Origin: an uncultured Acidobacteriota bacterium
GTDB lineage: Bacteria; Acidobacteriota; Vicinamibacteria; Vicinamibacterales; 2-12-FULL-66-21
Assembly (NCBI GenBank): GCA_963748295.1
Contig: CAVVIH010000008.1
Location: 244,438-308,437 of the forward strand
DNA length: 64,000 bases
Direction: 5' to 3'
This document shows, piece by piece, positions 56,709 through 64,000 of the stretch. The notes under the pieces were generated by a model. It searched no databases and had not been told where the DNA came from. It was given only the letters and a program-made list of their open reading frames with translations. Positions within the stretch are counted from its first letter, which is position 1; each line of letters starts with the position of its first letter. A program made the translations under genes and the position numbers.

Positions 56709-59700
56709 TTACTTCCGCGCGTCCGACGTCGTCGTGATCTTCGTCGGCGGCTTCGGCTTGGCGCGCTCCTTCAGGTGCTCCTCCATCTTGAGGCGCGGCA
56801 CGCCCTTCTTCATCCAGTCCGGCGCCGGCGCCCCCTTCAGGTGGTGGTCGAAGAACTCCAGCATGCGGACGGTGTAGTCCCGCTGGTTCGACGGCTTGCG
56901 CAGGCCGTGGTTCTCCCCGACGTACTCGAGCATGATCACCGGCTTCTGCAGGCGGCGGAGCGTGTTGTAGTACTCGACGCCTTGCGTGAAGTCGACGGCG
57001 CCGTCGCGATCGTTGTGCAGGATCATCAGCGGCGTCTTGACGTTCTTCGCGAAGAACACCGGCGAGTTGCGGTAGTACGCGTCCCAGTTGTCCCAGTAGC
57101 CGCCGCGGAAGCGGCCCTGGCTGCTCTCGAAGATCGCCCCGTTGCCGCCGCCGGTGTTCTTGTAGATCAGGCTGTACATGCTGATCATGTTCGTCAGCGG
57201 CGCGCCGGCGACGGCCGCGGCGAACATGTCGGTCTGCGTCACGAGGAACGACGTCTGATAGCCGCCCCACGAGTGGCCGGTCAGGCCGACCCGCTTCGCG
57301 TCGACGATGCCGGTGGCGATCGCCGCCTTCAGCGCCGGCACCACGCACCACACCGCTGACATGCCGGGATCGTTCACCTTGTAGGTGATGTCGGGAAGCA
57401 GCACGGCGTAGCCGTTGCTCGTGTACACCGATCGATGGAACCCGTTCGCGCCGGGATTCGCGAACTGGTTCGCGCCCTGCGACATCTTCTCGTAGATGTT
57501 GACGATCGTCGGGTAGCTCTTCCCCTTCTCGTATCCGGCGGGCAGGAACAGCGCCGCCTGGAGCTTGTCACCCTTGTCGCTGGTGTAGTTGATCAGCATC
57601 GACCCTTCGGTCCATGCATAGCGGGTCACCTGCGGACGCTGATCGGTCAGCCTTACCGGGTTCTTCAACGAGCTGTCGGCAAGGTAGAAGTCGTTCGGCT
57701 CGGTTGCCGTCGATTTGGTGAACACGAGCTGGTCGGCGCCCTTCGGCTTCATCAGCGTGCCGAAGCTCGCGTCGGACCAGGTCAGCGTCTCGACGCCCGC
57801 CTTGCCGGGACCCACCCGGGCGATGCCCGCCTTCTTGGTCCACTCGCCGTATGCCTGGAAATAGAGCGGCTTCGACAGATCGATGCCCTTGCCGCGATCC
57901 TGCGGCGGCTCGAGCGCGAAGCGGCGCGTGTAGCGGATCTGATCCTTGCGGCCGTTGCCCGTCAGATTGACGGCCTGCCCGCCAGACACCGGCACCTGCC
58001 AGATGTCCCAGTTGTCGTGCAGCAGGACCGCCTTGCTGTCGCTCGCCCATCCGATCACGCCGGTCGGCGGCTTGGCGACGTTGTGATCGTCTTCGGTGTC
58101 GACGAAGGATGCCGGGACGTTCAGCGTGATGTTGCGCGGCTCGCCGCCGGCCATCGGATGCACGAAGTAATGGCCGTCCTCGTACACCAGGAACGATTCA
58201 CCATCGGGGGAGATGCCGTTGAACCATCGCACCCGCTTCAGCGCGAGCCGGCGTGTGCCGGTCGCCATGTCGATGACATGGATGTCCTGGAAGCGGCGTC
58301 CGTCGAGGTTGCCGAACAGCTCGTACTCGCGCGCGTCCTGGCCAATCGCCCACCGCTCGGTCCGTCCGACCTGAACCGATCGGACGTCCTCGTCCGCGAG
58401 CCGGATGAACTTCTTTGGCTGCACGCGGTATTCAGCGAGGTAGCTGAAGGAGCGATCGGCGCCTTCCTGGACTTCCTGCTGCGACTGCAGACGCGAATCG
58501 AGCCAGTGCCACAGCACCAGGTCCACGCGCTCATCCGCATTCGGCGCATCGTTGTTGTTGTTGGTCGGAGCGGGACGGTCGTCGCCTTCGCGCTGGTCGC
58601 CGCTCTCGGTGTCGCGAGCGCCGGCGGCGGCATCGCGTGGACGCGGGATGTGGATGCCGAACAGGATCGCATCGAGTTTGTCGGTCCACTGCGGCGCGCG
58701 GTTGCCGCTGATCGTCATGCCCTCGGGGAAGCTCTTGTCGGTCGCTGGGTCGTACACCGTCTTTTGCGGCGCATTGCCCGCGACCGCCGTGAAGCCGACG
58801 ACGGCGTAGCGGCGATCGCGGAGGCTGCGGTCGTCGCGTTCCCTTCAGGACCGCGAGCGCGTCGCCCTTCTCGGTCCAGGTTGGCCTCTCATAAACAGCA
58901 GTGCCGCTGTCGAGCACCGAGACCGTTCCGCGATCCATGTCGCGCAGCTGGATGCCGTTGCCCGCTTTGTCCTGAGCGTCGATCGTCCACGCGAGCAGCT
59001 TGCCGTCACGCGAGAACGCGAAATCGCCGACGTTGCCGACGCTCAACTCGTGGCCGGTGGCCAGCTCGCGCAGAATCAGATCGGTCCCGCGCGGCCGATC
59101 GCTCGGTCCGCCCGCCGCCGGAGCAGCGCCGCCGCCACCGCGTCCTCCGCCGCCCGCCGCGGGGGCCGCGCCTTCGCCGCCGCCGGGTGTCGTCTGCGCC
59201 GGATACCGGCTCAGCGCGATCCACGTGGACGAGTCGCCGGAGAACGCAAACCGCCGGATCTTCGCGGTACTCATGCTTCTCCCCCGTCGCCAGGTTCACG
59301 ATCGTCACGCCGTTCTGAACCGGGCGGCGCTGACGACGCAGCCGCTGCGCCTCGGCGCGCTTCGGGTAGGTCGTGAACGCCACCCACTTCGAGTCCTCGG
59401 AGAAGTCGAGCGAGGCTCCTCCGACGCCCGCCGCCGCGGCCGGCCCGCCACCCGCTGCACCACCGCCACCGCCACCCGGCTCGCCGATCTCGAACGTCGT
59501 CTCTTTGCCCGTGCGCGTCGAGCGGACGACGACCTGCGCGTCCCCCTCGCCGGGACCGAGGCGATACGCGAACCACTGCCCGTCGTTCGAGACGGTCGTC
59601 GCGGCAATCGCCTTCCAGTCGATGATGTCCTGCAGCTCGATCGGTCGCCTGGACGCGGATTGCTGCATGCTCGCCGGGGGACCGGCGAGCGGCATCAACG

Positions 59701-59746
59701 CCGCCAGGGCAATTGTCAGAACCAGACGACGTGATTTCGCCAGCAT
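56709..59746 (-). pseudogene. S9-family serine peptidase, about 1010 aa; two frameshifts as sequenced
   Basis: Three ORFs (59006..59746, 58531..59274 and 56709..58757) form one collinear protein. The signal peptide is MLAKSRRLVLTIALAALMPLAG. The shifts lie at about 59262-59275 and at the C-run 58841-58843, where removing one base gives AVLKERDDRSLRDRRYAVVGFTAVAGNAPQKTVYDPATDK. The catalytic motif is GLTGHSWGG. Confidence 0.85.
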
Positions 59747-59851
59747 CGGGAGTGCCTCCTGAATCTAGAGGGTGGGCCGGAGGGCAGATATCCTGAACTG
59801 TACGTGGCTGAAAAGCGGTGATGAACAGCGCGAAATGCATGTTCTAACGGA

Positions 59852-60053
59852 ACGCGGATTAGCGCGGATCTTTTGCCGATCGCGCCGCCGGCCTCCGGCC
59901 GGGCGCTGGAGCCGCGCGAAGCGCGGGCGCGATCGGCCCTTGTCCGCTGATCTGATCCGTGTAGACGCGGAAATCCGCGTTTCGTTAATGATTGTAGTGA
60001 TCCGCGTAAATCCGCGTCTCGTTAAGACCGTGGCAATCCGCGTAGATCCGCGT
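59852..60053. repeat. Second array of RATCCGCGT motifs (both orientations, two 10-bp-phased doublets)
   Basis: Inverted copies: acgcggatt 59852-59860 and gcgcggatc 59862-59870. A palindrome acgcggaaatccgcgt lies at 59965-59980. Doublet 1 is gatccgcgtaaatccgcgtctc at 59999-60020. Doublet 2 is aatccgcgtagatccgcgtctc at 60035-60056. Confidence 0.75.
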
Positions 60054-60060
60054 CTCCGTC

Positions 60061-62175
<2,115 letters not shown>

Positions 62176-62272
62176 GCATGCTCCGACTGGAAAGCGTACG
62201 CGGACGGCGTCCTACCTCGAGACTTTGGGCCACCACTACAATTCCTGTGCCGCGAGGAGGTAAGCTGACGGC

Positions 62273-64000
62273 ATGCATCGAAGAATCCTCGCGATTGTCC
62301 TCGCCGTCTCCATTCTGCCGCAGACCTTCGCCGCGCAGCAGGATGCAGGCGTCCCGGCGAAGGACGGCGCAGTCGTCTGCGTCTCGGCGCCGGCCTGCGA
62401 CGCGGGGGCGGCGATCCTCGCCAAAGGCGGCAATGCCGTCGACGCGGCCGTCGCAACCGCATTCGCGCTTGCCGTCACGCATCCCGCGGCGGGGAACATC
62501 GGCGGAGGCGGTTTCATGATCGTGAGGACGCCGTCCGGCGCCGTGACGACATTCGACTATCGCGAGAAGGCGCCGCTGAAATCCACTCGGACGATGTATC
62601 TGGGAGAGGATGGAAAGATCAATCGCAGCCTGACTGCCGCGGGCTACCTCGCGCCTGGCGTGCCCGGGACCGTCCGTGGACTGGAGCTCGCCCACAAGAA
62701 GTTCGGCAAGCTGCCCTGGAAGGACGTGGTGACGCCGTCACTGATGCTCGCGGAAGGCGGCTTCGTGATCTCGGCGGCGCTCGCGCGTGAACTCAATCGC
62801 GAGCTGCAGAGGATGACCGCGTTCCCGGCATCCATCGCCGCTTATGGCAAGGCCGGCGGCGGAGAGTGGAAGGAGGGCGACACGCTCGTGCTCGCCGATC
62901 TGGGCAAGACACTCCGCGCGATCGCGGACGGCGGCGCCGATGCCTTCTACAAGGGGCCGATCGCCGATCTGATCGCGGCGGACATGAAGGCGAATGGCGG
63001 ACTGATCTCGAAAGAGGATCTCGCGGCGTATCGGGCGAAGGAACGCGCGCCGGTCAAGGGCACCTATCGCGGCTACGAGATCGTGTCGATGCCGCCGCCC
63101 AGCTCCGGCGGCATTGCGCTCGTGCAGATGCTCAATATCCTCGAGCAGTTCGATCTGAAGTCGAAGGGGCAGTCGTCCGCCGAAGCGATCCACCTCCAGG
63201 TCGAGGCGATGCGGCGCGCCTACCTCGATCGCGCCCGCCACCTCGGCGATCCTGATTTCGTCGACGTGCCGGTTGCGCGCCTGACGTCGAAGGTTTACGC
63301 GAAGACGCTCGCCGCCGGCATCGATCAGCAGAAGGCGTCCCGCAGCGCCGATCTCGGCCGCGATATCGTCGCCACGACGCAGCCTGCCGAACCGGACGAA
63401 ACCACGCACTTCTCGGTGATCGATCGAAACGGAATGGCGGTGACGAGCACCTACACGCTCGAAGGCGGATATGGCTCGCACGTCGTCGTCAAGGGCGCCG
63501 GGTTCATCCTGAACAACGAGATGGGGGACTTCAACAAGAAGCCTGGCGAAACGAACGTCACCGGCGACATCGGCACGGCCGCCAACCTGATCGATCCCGG
63601 CAAGCGCATGCTCAGCTCGATGACGCCGACGATGGTGCTGAAGGATGGAAAACTCGTTCTGCTCACTGGCTCTCCTGGAGGCCGCACGATCATCAACACC
63701 GTACTGTGCGTGGTGCTCGGCGTCACCGACTTCGGACTGAACGGGAGGCAGGCGGTCGACGCCGCCCGACTGCATCATCAATGGCTGCCCGACACCGTTC
63801 GTCTCGAACAGAACGGCGCGTCGGCTGAAGTGCTGGCGGCGCTGAAGAGCATGGGCCACGACGCCTCGGCTCAGGGCCGGCAGGGAGACGCGCACAGCAT
63901 CTGGATAGCGCCCGACGGCACGCCTTACGGCGTCAACGACAAGCGCACGCCCGACTCGAAGGCCTCCGTGCCTGGCGGTTTGACACCAACCGGTTCCGGA
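62273..64000 (+). CDS. ggt: Gamma-glutamyltransferase (3' end lies outside the window)
   Basis: This gene is absent from the ORF track because it runs off the right edge. My translation from ATG 62273, which follows GAGGAGG, gives MHRRILAIVLAVSILPQTFA...AGNIGGGGFM...PDETTHFSVIDRNGMAVTSTYTLEGGYGS...LTGSPGGRTIIN. The nucleophile-Thr autoprocessing site is present. The frame is open for all 576 codons to the window end. Confidence 0.9.
   Translation, partial: MHRRILAIVLAVSILPQTFAAQQDAGVPAKDGAVVCVSAPACDAGAAILAKGGNAVDAAVATAFALAVTHPAAGNIGGGGFMIVRTPSGAVTTFDYREKAPLKSTRTMYLGEDGKINRSLTAAGYLAPGVPGTVRGLELAHKKFGKLPWKDVVTPSLMLAEGGFVISAALARELNRELQRMTAFPASIAAYGKAGGGEWKEGDTLVLADLGKTLRAIADGGADAFYKGPIADLIAADMKANGGLISKEDLAAYRAKERAPVKGTYRGYEIVSMPPPSSGGIALVQMLNILEQFDLKSKGQSSAEAIHLQVEAMRRAYLDRARHLGDPDFVDVPVARLTSKVYAKTLAAGIDQQKASRSADLGRDIVATTQPAEPDETTHFSVIDRNGMAVTSTYTLEGGYGSHVVVKGAGFILNNEMGDFNKKPGETNVTGDIGTAANLIDPGKRMLSSMTPTMVLKDGKLVLLTGSPGGRTIINTVLCVVLGVTDFGLNGRQAVDAARLHHQWLPDTVRLEQNGASAEVLAALKSMGHDASAQGRQGDAHSIWIAPDGTPYGVNDKRTPDSKASVPGGLTPTGSG

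Overview
This is a visibly GC-rich bacterial chromosomal segment. The gene content points to Acidobacteriota, mainly through two proteins of the VWFA-related Acidobacterial-domain type and many secreted peptidases; this taxonomic call is inference only. I support about 45 protein-coding genes. I found no rRNA, tRNA, CRISPR array, transposase, integrase or phage gene.

Gene content from left to right:
- **Putative methylated-amine or amino-acid catabolic cluster (1-7083):** an APC permease, a Rieske oxygenase, a GcvT-family protein and two tandem CrtI-like FAD oxidoreductases.
- **M28/PSMA-like peptidase (7097-9229).**
- **Operon of unknown function (9324-15878):** an 868-aa orphan secreted protein followed by two VWA proteins.
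- **DUF1800/DUF1501 pair (15943-18825).**
- **D-threonine-aldolase-family PLP enzyme followed 15 nt later by a solitary BMC-H microcompartment shell gene (18876-20306).**
- **PCD-MerR operon (20307-21084).**
- **TetR-MFP-RND-OMF efflux locus (21297-27916).**
- **Further genes (27155-37439):** a ThiO-like oxidase, an M14 peptidase, a YihY-family protein, two hypothetical proteins, a group II decarboxylase and a small outer-membrane protein.
- **Complete bidirectional arginine locus (37515-46982):** argR-argG-argH-sixA on the minus strand, diverging from argC-argB-argD-GNAT-argJ-argF on the plus strand.
- **Quinone oxidoreductase (46999-48016).**
- **Hydrolase island (48104-59746):** three S9 peptidases and two amidohydrolase-fold proteins.
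- **glgX (60061-62175) and a partial ggt (62273-64000).**

The dominant technical observation is at least 15 single-nucleotide indels, mostly in short G or C runs, that disrupt or silently corrupt conserved genes. They include a compensated double frameshift inside argD that the ORF track cannot show. They also create two apparent gene fusions, RND-OMF and argF-QOR.

The most interesting biology:
- the orphan BMC-H gene coupled to an aldehyde-generating aldolase family
- a dispersed RATCCGCGT direct-repeat motif with 10-bp phasing in two regulatory regions
- intergenic hairpins built from iterated short k-mers
- Gly/Arg-rich loops recurring in five unrelated secreted hydrolases
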